In this document: positions 12,525 to 22,995 of the stretch, in pieces
How positions within the stretch are numbered: the stretch's first letter is position 1
Layout: every line of letters begins with the position of its first letter
Source of the DNA: Tubulanus polymorphus
Lineage: Eukaryota > Animalia > Nemertea
Direction: 5' to 3'
Assembly (NCBI RefSeq): GCF_964204645.1
Contig: NC_134030.1
Span: forward strand, 13,244,957 to 13,308,956
DNA length: 64,000 nt
The notes under the pieces: generated by a model
Told to the model about the DNA's origin: nothing
The model's database searches: none
Seen by the model: the letters and a program-made list of their open reading frames with translations, nothing else
Made by a program: the position numbers and the translations under genes

Positions 12525-12893
12525 ATGAGTGATGGAGTTAGGAAAAAGGCTAGATCTGAAAAACAAATTAAATGGGCAAGAAAATTAGGTAAAAGATCTT
12601 CAGAATTAAAAAAAGCTAAGAAAAAGAAATTAACTGATATAAATGAATCACAGACTTTATCTGATATTGATTCAAATAATAATCCATCTGATTCTTCTCA
12701 TGCTGGAAGTAATTATAAATTATATATTACAATTGGATTAGTAACAGTTATTATATTATCTAGTGTAATATATAAATCAAAATTCAAATCTGATGATGAA
12801 TATGATTCCAATGACAATAAACCTATTATACCAGAAAATAAGTCAAATCATAAAGTCATTGAAAATAAATCTAAATTATTATTAATGGATTAA
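12525..12893 (+). CDS. Basic N-terminus, single-TM Maverick protein (122 aa)
   Basis: K/R-rich start, TM-like LYITIGLVTVIILSSVIY, TAAATG start. Confidence 0.65.
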   Translation: MSDGVRKKARSEKQIKWARKLGKRSSELKKAKKKKLTDINESQTLSDIDSNNNPSDSSHAGSNYKLYITIGLVTVIILSSVIYKSKFKSDDEYDSNDNKPIIPENKSNHKVIENKSKLLLMD

Positions 12894-12899
12894 AATAAG

Positions 12900-14020
12900 A
12901 CGAAAAAAGAACAATATTTAAGAGATTTATATTATAACCCAGAAAGTGAAGTATCATATTCTAACGTTTCAGAATTATGGAATGAAATTAAATCTGATAA
13001 TGAAAATGGTAATGGTGCCGTATGGCACCCACATGGTGATATAAAATATAGTGAATTAAAATCATGGTTACAAAATCAACCAACATATCAAATCCACAAG
13101 AAAATGGATAAAACTTATTTAACAAGAAAAGTTATGGTTTCATATATCGATCAACAATGGCAAGCTGATTTAATTGACATGAAGAACTTAGAAGAATACA
13201 ACAAAGGATATTTCTGGATATTGAATGTTATAGACATATTCAGTAGATACGCATGGTCAATTCCAATCAAAAATAAAACTGGAATAGAAGTTACAAATGC
13301 TTTTAAATCTATATTTAAAGAAGCTATTCCAGATAAGATACAATTTAATGAAGGTAAGGAATTCTATAACAAACATTTTAAAAAACTATTATCTGATAAC
13401 GATGTAGATTATTTTTCAACACATTCAGATAAAAAAGCATCTATTATAGAAAGATTTAATAAAACATTGAAAACTAGAATGTGGAAATACTTAACTGCTA
13501 ACGAAACATATAAATATATCGATGAGTCTATAAATATATTAGATGATTTAGTGAAAGGTTATAATAATTCTAAACATAGTTCTATAAATATGAAACCTAT
13601 ACAAGCTAGAAAAGAAGATAATTCGGAAATAGTTTGGAATAATCTATATGGAGCATTTGTTACACATAATTTCGGAGAACCTAAATTTAAAATAGGACAA
13701 CACGTCAGAATATCTAAATATAGAAAAACATTTTATAAAGGTTATACCCCTAATTTTACTGAAGAAATATTCAAGATTAGAAAGATAATATTAACTAAAC
13801 CATTTGTTTATAAATTAGATGATCTAAAAGATGAAGAAATATTAGGTTATTTCTATGAACAAGAATTATCACTTGTACCAAATCCAGATGAAATAGAATA
13901 CAAAATAGAAAAGTATTGAAAACAAAAACTCTTAAAGGAAAAAAGTATTCTTTGGTGAAATATAAAGGATACGATGATAAATTTATTGAATGGATTTTAT
14001 CTAGTAAAATTAAAAGAATA
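12900..14020 (+). pseudogene. rve integrase with chromodomain; catalytic D-to-N change and frameshift near 13910
   Basis: ORF 13104..13919 plus upstream LYYNP..ELKSWLQNQPTY; QFNEGKEF versus QFDEGKEF in copy A; downstream frame KYSLVKYKGYDDKFIEW. Confidence 0.9.
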
Positions 14021-14021
14021 A

Positions 14022-14633
14022 ATGAATAAAGATTTAGTCATGTTTGAACCGCATAATATGTTAGTTACTGGAGTAACAAACTGTGGTAAAACACATTTCA
14101 TATTAGACTTGTTAGAAACTATTTATAAGAATCATTTTGATAATATAATATTATTCTGCCCTACTTATGAAATGAATAAAACATATAATAGAGATATAGT
14201 TAAGATAAAAAAGTTTATTATATTAAATCCTAAAACAGTAAAAGAAAATTTAGATAATTGTATTAAAATAGCAATTGATACTTATAAAGGATCAAATACA
14301 TTATTCATTGTAGATGATTGCGCAAATTTACATGATTCAAAAGTTAGAGAAAGTGAGTTATGTTATCTAGCTTTCTCTGGGAGACATTTTGGGATAACAA
14401 CATGGGTTTGAAATCAAAAATATAATTCCATTGTTAAAGACTTTGGGGAGAATATAAGATTTCTAGTTTTATTTTATAACAAAGATAAAAAATCTATGCA
14501 ACAATCATTGGAAGAAAATCAAATTATACCTACTGAATTACATGATGAATATATGAATAAATTAAAGAATAATAAAGGTTCAAAATTATTACTGAGATTA
14601 CAATTTCCATATGAATATAAATTTATAAAATAA
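14022..14633 (+). pseudogene. Packaging ATPase with one nonsense codon (TTA to TGA at 14409)
   Basis: Colinear with and the same length as intact copy 7630..8241. Confidence 0.9.
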
Positions 14634-14662
14634 CTATTTATAACTTGGAATATTATAGAAAC

Positions 14663-15012
14663 TAATTTATATATCTATGTACTAGACGTACGAGTAAGAA
14701 AGTAAGATTCTTACCAAGAAAGTAAGATTCTTAGATTCTTACGTACGTCTAGTATATAGATATATAAATTATTAAATGAATTATATAAAAATGAATAAAT
14801 TATATGTTTTCTCTTAATAATAATAAAAATAGATTATATTATAACTATTTCTATACTTAGATTAATAATTTAATGTTTTTAATTTTTATGAAAACTATAA
14901 TATATATCTATGTACTAGACGTACGAGTAAGAAAGTAAGATTTCTTGGATTCTTGGATTCTTGGATTCTTGGATTCTTACTCGTACGTCTAGTATATAGT
15001 TATATAAATTAT
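14663..15012. repeat. Two internal palindromes at the convergence of the + and - gene blocks
   Basis: Stem TATATATCTAT(G/A)TACTAGACGTACG...CGTACGTCTAGTATATAG twice; loops made of GTAAGAAAGTAAGATTCTT and GATTCTTG repeats. Confidence 0.85.
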
Positions 15013-15023
15013 TTTTATAATAA

Positions 15024-16208
15024 TTATTCTAATTTTGTTTCTAATATATTTATAAAATCATCTCTGTTTATATCTAATTCACCAAAAGTCTTAGGGAGAT
15101 TTATTAATTTTAATTGAGCCATCTTAACATAATTATTAGTAGGTAAATTAGCTTTTTCTCTTAATTTTTCTAAGTATTCATCAAAATCATCATAATCAAA
15201 ATCAAAATGATGTCCAAAATTATTTATCAGATAACTTAAATCTATTTTTCTTAAATATAATAATTTATATATTTGTTTAGGATTATCTTCTGCATAAGCT
15301 AATAATTTATCAAATAACAACTTATAGAATATATAATATTGGTTAGTTTTAGGATTAAAATATTTGATATATTTATTTGGGTTATTTAACAATGGTATCA
15401 TACTCACCATTTTATGAACATTAATTAGATGTAACTTTGATTTATAATGAGTATTTTCATCAACAGGTTCAATTTTCTTATTACAATATTGGCACGTTTC
15501 ATTTCTTTCTATTTCTTCTTATTTCTTTTCATGTTCTTCTAACTTTCTTTCATTTTCGATATGCGCTTGAGATTTTTTATGTTTAGAAAAATTACTTTTA
15601 GAAATATCTAAATCACAAATGTTACAATGTTTTTTAGAATCATCAATTGTTTCATTATCATTAGTTTCAATTGTATCAACATTATCTGTTATATTATCTA
15701 TGGTATCATTTGTTTCAATTGTATTAACATTATCTATGATATTATCTATTATATTATTATCAGATATATTATTATCATTATTATTATTTTCTTTTTCTAT
15801 ATGTTTATTTGATTTCTTATGTGATGCCCAATTTTTATATGATATATATTTCTTACATACATCACAATATTTTTCATTTGTCTTTTTGGTTTTGATATCA
15901 GGTTCAATCTTATCATTATTTGATGTAGAGGGTATTAAATTATTAGATGTGGTAGGTATTACATTATTAGATGTAGAAGGTATTATATTATTAGATGTAG
16001 TAGGTATTACATTATTATCAATTACATTACTTAAATTATCAACAACACCACTTTTATTATTATCGATTTCTATTAGTTTAGTTTTATAAATTTTGAAAAT
16101 AGAATCAAATATCAAAGCTATATTACAAGGTATTACATAATATAAACCATCATTATTTTCATGTGTATCGATGTATGGAATATGTTTATATACTTTACCT
16201 CCTTCCAT
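15024..16208 (-). pseudogene. Three-finger C2H2-like protein with NNVIPTTS repeats; one in-frame stop at 15519-15521
   Basis: CDVC..SHKKSNKH, CNIC..KHKKSQAH, then after the stop CQYC..THYKSKLH running in frame into ORF 15024..15410. Confidence 0.75.
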
Positions 16209-16240
16209 TTATTATATATATTTTTATTGAAGTTAAAATT

Positions 16241-17488
16241 TTAATACATAACACTATCTAATTGTGAATTTACAATATTTAATTGTGCGTCAGATATAAT
16301 ATAAATGTGCATTTTAAAATTTAGGCTTCCTTTTTTCTTTGTCATGAATAATTTTATTCCATCTTTAGTGTTTTGTAATTTTTTTCCAGAACCATGTAAT
16401 GAATTATCCTCTGTTGTTCTAAAATCTAACCATAATGCATATTTATTACCGGTATAATAATCAATTTGATTAATATTACAATTTTCAGATGATTTCACTT
16501 TTTCATTCATAAAATGTTTTCTAATTTCTGGCCATTGATCTATCATTCTCATTCCTTGACAAAATATTTTATTTGCTATTCCTTCGATAGTTATTTCTAT
16601 TTTTGTTATTTCAGGATTATAATAATTATCTACCTTTATTGCACCATTAGAATATGTTGCAATGGTAAAGATTATTAATATACCTTTAATAGATCTTCTT
16701 GGGAAGTTAATATTCTCATTAATTATTACATCAATTGCATTAATAGTTACGGTTTTAAATTTATCAATATAATCATATAATAATGAAAATCCTTGATTGT
16801 ATTGAGTTTGAATTATACTTGCAATATTTTCATCAGTTACTGTATCATATTCTAAACATATATTCGATAATTTATAACTCATATCTTTAACAACGCTAGA
16901 TATTACAATTTCATTAACAGGAGCAAATGTTATTTCGAATATAATATCTTCTCGAATTACATATTTATATAAAGGTGCATTATTATTTATCAATTCAAAG
17001 TCTAATGGAATTTTATATTTGCTTCCATAAATCTTTTTTATCAAATTATCTGCGTTACGAGTTACTATTGCGTCTTTAGCTCCTGATCTTAATTTATTTT
17101 GGTTTTCTGATTGGATTCCTTGAAATATCATATTATTTCTGTTTTGTTTAGTTAACCATAAATCTTTATAATGCATGAATAAATTATAATCATCTAATGA
17201 GAAAACTGTTTCTGGACCAATCTTTATAGTTAATTTTTTAATCAAATAACTTCCAACATTATCAACAACATAAATATTATCATGACCAATTACTTTTATA
17301 TCAGCTGATAAATAAATACTATTTGGAACATAAAAAGTATTTTGTGTTAATCGAGGAATTCTAACATATAAAGTTTCATCAGGATAAATATTAGAAGGGT
17401 TATGAGTAATTATATGATGTGATCTTTCTGCTTTAATAGCATTAGATATTCTATGATTCTTAGAAGGATTGATATAACTCCCACTCAT
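16241..17488 (-). CDS. Probable major capsid protein (double jelly-roll), intact 415 aa
   Basis: Size, beta-strand-rich pattern (NPSNIYPDETLYVRIP, IKKLTIKIG, ITKIEITIEG, ALWLDFR) and position in the element; fold inferred, not computed. Confidence 0.75.
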   Translation of the reverse strand: MSGSYINPSKNHRISNAIKAERSHHIITHNPSNIYPDETLYVRIPRLTQNTFYVPNSIYLSADIKVIGHDNIYVVDNVGSYLIKKLTIKIGPETVFSLDDYNLFMHYKDLWLTKQNRNNMIFQGIQSENQNKLRSGAKDAIVTRNADNLIKKIYGSKYKIPLDFELINNNAPLYKYVIREDIIFEITFAPVNEIVISSVVKDMSYKLSNICLEYDTVTDENIASIIQTQYNQGFSLLYDYIDKFKTVTINAIDVIINENINFPRRSIKGILIIFTIATYSNGAIKVDNYYNPEITKIEITIEGIANKIFCQGMRMIDQWPEIRKHFMNEKVKSSENCNINQIDYYTGNKYALWLDFRTTEDNSLHGSGKKLQNTKDGIKLFMTKKKGSLNFKMHIYIISDAQLNIVNSQLDSVMY

Positions 17489-17528
17489 TTATTTAACAAA
17501 AAAATTAATTATTTATTTTTGATCGTGG

Positions 17529-18985
17529 TTACTTGATATTTTTTGATATCATATTTACTAACCCAAAAATAATTGCACTTACAACTGTAATTAAAAATAT
17601 AATAATATGTTCAGCAGCAAAGTTAATAATATTCCCTGCAGATTTCAATATAAAACCAACAATTGATGCAATAACTCCTGGTAAAGCTGCAGCAGATTTT
17701 TTAGATAGTTCCCATAAATATTTTGCTAATTTCTTTAAACCATCCTTAACTTTATCTTGTATAGAATTATTATCTGGCGGTTTATCCGGTTTATTGGGAG
17801 TAGGAGTAGGAGTAGATTTCAAAGCATTTGATATTGCTAAACCTATTGTTGTAAATAGCATAGTTACAGATGTTAGAATTGAAAGAATTGTTATACCTTC
17901 TAACTTAAATAATAATATTATTCTATCTTTCAATGATATTTTAGAATCTGGTTTTATCAACAAATCTTTAAAAACATCTTTTAATCTTTTAAAATTATTA
18001 CCAAATTCTTTTAATAATATATCTCTTTCACCTTTCAGTACTTCTAAATTATCTTTTAAATTATTAATTTCTTTTTCTAAACGTGATTCTTTTTGCTTAT
18101 ATTCTATTACATCAATTACTTGATGATCAAGATCAGACTTTAATTTTTCTATTTCTTTATTTTTATCAGTTAATTCTTTTTCTAAATTGTTAATTTCAAT
18201 ATCTCTTATACTTTTATTATGTGCAATTTTATCAGCTTCATTTCTTATACTAATAATTTCTCTAATTGCTTCATCAGAAAATATATTATTTAAATCTTCT
18301 AATTCTTGATCTGTTGCATCAAGTAATCCATTTGGTAAAAGTTTTTCAGTTTGAACTCTTCTTGATTTAATTTTACTAGTTTTGGAATTATCAGCTTCTT
18401 TAGGAATGTTTTTTGTATTAAATTTTCATTAATTATCTTCAAAAAATCATCATTTCTTCGAATAAATTGTTTTCTATTTAAAGTTATCTCTTGTTCTGTG
18501 ACATCATTTATAACATCATTAATGATTTTCTTAATTCTAGATTGTTCTAATTTAATAAAAGTTGGTCTTGTTATTATTTTATCGACACTTTTATTAGAAG
18601 AAATCTTAAAATAATAGTCATCTTTCAAATGCCAATAATAATCACCATTTGAATATTTTAAATCTTTTACTAATTTATCCATATCTTTATCTGTTATATT
18701 GAAACCAGATTTTTTTAATATTGGTTTAAAATCATGAATAATTTCATCATATTTTAATTTTTTTTTTCTAATTCTGGTACTTCATTTTGAATATCTATTC
18801 TCGATTTAGCTCCTCTTATATATTCATCTGTTGATGGGGTTTTAGAACCAGGAACAACTTCTGGTAAATTAGTAATTATATTCTGGCTCATTATCATCAT
18901 TAAAACTTGTTTCACTAAAATCAGGTTGTTGTTCATCACTTATACCGGGTTCATCTAAAGGATCCAATGGAATTTCTTCATCCAT
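17529..18985 (-). pseudogene. Long acidic/coiled-coil protein with C-terminal hydrophobic segments (frameshifted)
   Basis: Starts TAAATG MDEEIP; pieces 18754, 18299 and 17529; ITILSILTSVTMLFTTIGLAI, ALPGVIASIVGFIL, IIIFLITVVSAIIFGLV. Confidence 0.7.
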
Positions 18986-18999
18986 TTATATAATAAAAA

Positions 19000-20323
19000 T
19001 TAAAATTTAAAATATAATATTCCTCCGATTATAATTCCTATACAAGTTAAAGCTAATTTAGCATTTTCATGGGATTTATTATCATCATTTAGTTTAATTA
19101 TATCATGTTGAATATTATCAGTTTTTATATTTTCTGATGTATTCTAATCTTTTATTTTAGAATCATTATTTAATTTAATATTATTAGTTTTAGTTTCTGT
19201 TGATTGAATGTGTTTTTTATTTTTTTCACCTTCCATTAATTTTGGAGCACTAATTATCTTTTTATTCATATCATTCAATCCAAATGAATTATTTATTGTT
19301 GCAGTTTTAATTAGATTATTGTAACCAATTATGTTTCCCATCTTTAATACTAAATCATTAAAAATAATAAATAGATTAGGACCTATACAATAATTTAATC
19401 TTATATGTGATTTATCTAAAAATTTTGATATCTTACAATGTTTTCTGGAATCGATCTATTTTTATCATTATGAATTGAATCTTCAAATAATACTTTAAAT
19501 TGTTTCTGCGCATCGAATGAAGTGTTATCATTTCCAATTATTGGGGATCTTGTTTCAACTTGCGCGCCTAAAATACATATCAAATAAGTTCTAATAGATT
19601 GATTTATTCTTTGTATACCAGCTTTAGTAAAACCTTCACTATTTTCTAAAATGAAATTAACCCAACCATTATTGTTTTGTTGTTGTATATTATTATAATA
19701 TTTTGGTAATTCATTCCAATTTAGTGTTCTTATATCTGAATTTGTCATTATTTTTCCAAATTCTTTAGTATATAATATTCCTAATCCACCCATTGTTCCA
19801 ATTTTTGCTCTAAAATCTTTATTTGAATTAATATTAAATTCATTACATATTTTATAAAACTTAGAAAAATTAATATTATTATTCAATTCTTTAAAATATT
19901 TTGAACCTGGTAAAGGACATTCTAATTCATCTAATATTAATTTTATTTGAAAGTAAGTATGAGATCTAAAAAGTGATAACATCAATGGTAAACTTGGTTT
20001 GTTTAAATGATCATTCCAACTAATTCCACATCCTGTTGTTGCACAATAAACAGCAAAATTTAATTGGTCTGCCAATACTTCATATTAGATTTTAATAACC
20101 ATTGTTTTGCCTCATTTAAATTTTTGAAATTAATTGTATACACATGAAATATATTTTCCATCTTTACATGAAAATTATTACTTTCAGTAACATAAATATA
20201 TAAATCAATTAATGAATTTAAAACTTCATTTCTATATGTAATATCTTTATTAAAATCTATTGCTGGAATATTATATTTAATTGATTTATTATATTGGAAA
20301 GCTTTTGGAAAACTATCTACCAT
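19000..20323 (-). pseudogene. Uncharacterised protein of about 440 aa with C-terminal TM (frameshifted)
   Basis: ORFs 20060, 19416 and 19144 join (YWQ-QLNFAVYCATTGCG); tail LALTCIGIIIGGILYFKF; homolog at 45215-46619. Confidence 0.7.
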
Positions 20324-20331
20324 TTATTTAA

Positions 20332-20775
20332 TTAAAAAATTAATAATTTATTAATTCTAATTAATAATTTGTCTTGTTCTTCAACTGTTATATGACCATT
20401 TAAACTTATTATATAATCTAGTGTATTCTTCAATTTATTAATTTGTTTTATATTAGTTTTAATTTTTTCTTTATTACTTTTTATATTCAATTTTGAACTT
20501 ATACCAGATAAAACACTTGAACTTAATCCTAATACGCCAATTGATATAGCTAAAGGTGTTAATGGGCTGAATATTGCTAGAAATGTTATTACAGAACTAA
20601 TTGTAACCGAACCACCTATAATCAAATAATATATAATTTTACTTTTTAAATATTTTTTCTTTTTTATCTTTAAGTCACTTTCAAATTCTAATATTTGTTT
20701 TTCTAAATATGTTTTTAATTTAGTTTTATTGATATCATGAGGAATAATATCAATATTATCAATTTTATCTTCCAT
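20332..20775 (-). CDS. Two-TM hairpin membrane protein (147 aa)
   Basis: IIYYLIIGGSVTISSVITFLAIF and LAISIGVLGLSSSVLSGI; decayed homolog at about 44775-45200. Confidence 0.7.
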   Translation of the reverse strand: MEDKIDNIDIIPHDINKTKLKTYLEKQILEFESDLKIKKKKYLKSKIIYYLIIGGSVTISSVITFLAIFSPLTPLAISIGVLGLSSSVLSGISSKLNIKSNKEKIKTNIKQINKLKNTLDYIISLNGHITVEEQDKLLIRINKLLIF

Positions 20776-20794
20776 TTATTTAGCAAAAAAATTA

Positions 20795-21229
20795 CTAATT
20801 AGTAAACTTATATGCTACAAATATAACAATAACTGTTCCACCTAAAATCCAAATTATTTCATATTTCTGTTGTTCTTTACTCTTTACTCTTTACTGGGTA
20901 TAATAATCTGATAATTTAGGTTTGTATAGATGTAATTTTTCTTTATTGGTTACCGCGTTATATAAACTCATTGCATCATCAACTGATTGAAAATCTCTAT
21001 GTGAAATCTTCTGATCATATAATTCCTTGTTAATATAATCCATATAGTTTTGCCTCTTTTCTCTATATTCTTCTGCTGCTTTATTATATTTCTCTAATGC
21101 TAAGTTATGTCTTTTTTGTTCTGTTAATGATCCATTTTTATCAATATGTTTAAATAAATATCCGCCACCAGTAAATGCTAAAGCGTTAACAATTGCCGAT
21201 CCTATAATAGTTATAACTGCAGAAGCCAT
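20795..21229 (-). pseudogene. Protein with hydrophobic N-terminus, coiled coil and C-terminal TM (tail disrupted)
   Basis: MASAVITIIGSAIVNALAFTGGGYLF; tail ILGGTVIVIFVAYKFTN is in frame in homolog 44426..44770. Confidence 0.7.
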
Positions 21230-21253
21230 TTATTTAGTAAAATAATTATGTAT

Positions 21254-21475
21254 TTATATGGGAGGAATATATTTTTGTTTTTCTAAATAATCAATAGTTA
21301 AATTAGATAAAGTAACTGCTAATGTTAATTTTAAGATATCATTTATATCAAACCTATCAACATTAACACTTCCCATTTTGAATACCTTTTTTAATACCAT
21401 TGAATAACCAACAGTTCCAATTGATAGTAATGCGCCATTATATAATCCAGTTATTATCCACTTATTATCAATCAT
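21254..21475 (-). CDS. Small hydrophobic protein (73 aa)
   Basis: Two hydrophobic helices, TAAATG start; homolog at about 42585-42803. Confidence 0.65.
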   Translation of the reverse strand: MIDNKWIITGLYNGALLSIGTVGYSMVLKKVFKMGSVNVDRFDINDILKLTLAVTLSNLTIDYLEKQKYIPPI

Positions 21476-21489
21476 TTATTTATCAAAAA

Positions 21490-21816
21490 ATTACTATCAT
21501 CAAAATATTTATTTATCTTATTTATGATTAATTCAACATTTATTTCATTACTACTTTTATGATTATCATATATTTTGGTTAATATGTTTTTAATATCATC
21601 AATAATTCCATCTTAATTTAATTCATAATATTCTAAAGGTGATTTAATTAAATCAATTACTTTTTCTATATTATAATTTTCTTTATTGATCATTGATGCA
21701 TTGTTAAATGATTTACTTTTTATATCAGTAATTACATCATTTAGTTTAATTCTCATTTCTTTACCATGTTTAAAATCAAACCCAAAACATATACTCGGTC
21801 CAACAGTTATATTCAT
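21490..21816 (-). pseudogene. Small uncharacterised protein (stop after 67 aa, probable continuation)
   Basis: TAAATG start MNITVGPSICFGF; homolog at about 42271-42585. Confidence 0.55.
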
Positions 21817-21833
21817 TTATATAGTGAAAAAAA

Positions 21834-22595
21834 TTACTCTCTACATCTTATAACTAATTCATAAATTACAGGGAAATTATTTAAATCAATTAAGTATCCA
21901 TTATGCTTTCTAATTTCTAATCTAAAATTATTAAAACGAGGAATGCATGGTTTGAAATCACATTCTGTTAAATTATAATTTATTTGCGTTCCAAATTCTT
22001 TAACATTCTTCAATGGTAAAATGTTTAGTAAACCAGAATTACAAGTTATATCTTTAGTTGCTTCGAATGTTTTTGTAGGATCGATTAAATTGCGATAAAT
22101 ATAAAAATGTGTGTAAGGTATTAAGTTTGGTGTAACAGCATCAATATTTTTAAAAGATCTATCTGGAAGAATTCCTAACAGTTTAGCTATAGGTTTTTTT
22201 ACCATAAATTTATGTTTTTCACTATAAGACAACCTTATCTTTATTCTATCAGAACTCTCACTTTTTAAAAATCTAATACTAAACCCAGAACTACTACCTA
22301 ATTTGTGCCAGGCTTTTCTATTAATTTCTTGTGCTAATGTATCTAAATTATATAACCCCGGTTTTAAATATATATAGGACCATTCATTTTTACCTTTATC
22401 AAAAATTAAAAAGGCTCTATGTTCAATAGTTTTATTCGTTATATTATAAAAAGAATTACATTAAATTATATTAACTAATTTTAAATCAACACAATTCTTA
22501 AATTCTCTATCTAATTGTACTAGTAAATTATGTGATTTATAATCTGTAAGTCTTCTAGAATCAACAAATATTCTGTATTCTTTTAATTCTACCAT
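21834..22595 (-). pseudogene. Probable minor capsid (penton) protein, about 253 aa, one in-frame stop
   Basis: Starts MVELKEYRIFVDSR; C-terminus FRLEIRKHNGYLIDLNNFPVIYELVIR resembles Polinton/virophage single jelly-roll pentons. Confidence 0.65.
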
Positions 22596-22612
22596 TTATT
22601 TTACATATTTTC

Positions 22613-22966
22613 TTATTCGAAATCTATTTCATGGTGCCCTTTTTCATTCTTACCTTTGTATACGAAATAGAAATCTCCAGAACATAATTCTTCTAGATCT
22701 TCACTTGATAATCTATGAAATCTATCCGGTAAATATGTTCTGAATTTATATATATTTCCTTTTAATCCTTCATATTCTAAGTGTATAACTAATTTATCTC
22801 CATAGTTATTAGTAACTGTATCAATATTTGTAATTAGATATTTCTTATGAATTGTTAATTCTGTTAACTTTTTGAATTTATAATCTACAGATTTTACATT
22901 TGTAGTATCTTTTATTCTATCTAGAAATGATTTGTTGTTCTCACTGTGTGTTTGTTTACTCTCCAT
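22613..22966 (-). CDS. 117-aa protein downstream of PolB, possible OB-fold ssDNA-binding protein
   Basis: Intact ORF; FKKLTEL..KYLI..YG..LVIHL..TYLPDRF; homolog at 41114-41471; function is inference. Confidence 0.55.
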   Translation of the reverse strand: MESKQTHSENNKSFLDRIKDTTNVKSVDYKFKKLTELTIHKKYLITNIDTVTNNYGDKLVIHLEYEGLKGNIYKFRTYLPDRFHRLSSEDLEELCSGDFYFVYKGKNEKGHHEIDFE

Positions 22967-22995
22967 TTATAATACATATTTTCATTAAAATTTGA

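Noticed and set aside
15619-18123. Hydrophobic + strand ORFs 15619..16089 and 17533..18123
   Set aside because: Antisense shadows of AT-rich minus-strand genes, without the TAAATG start context shared by the other viral genes
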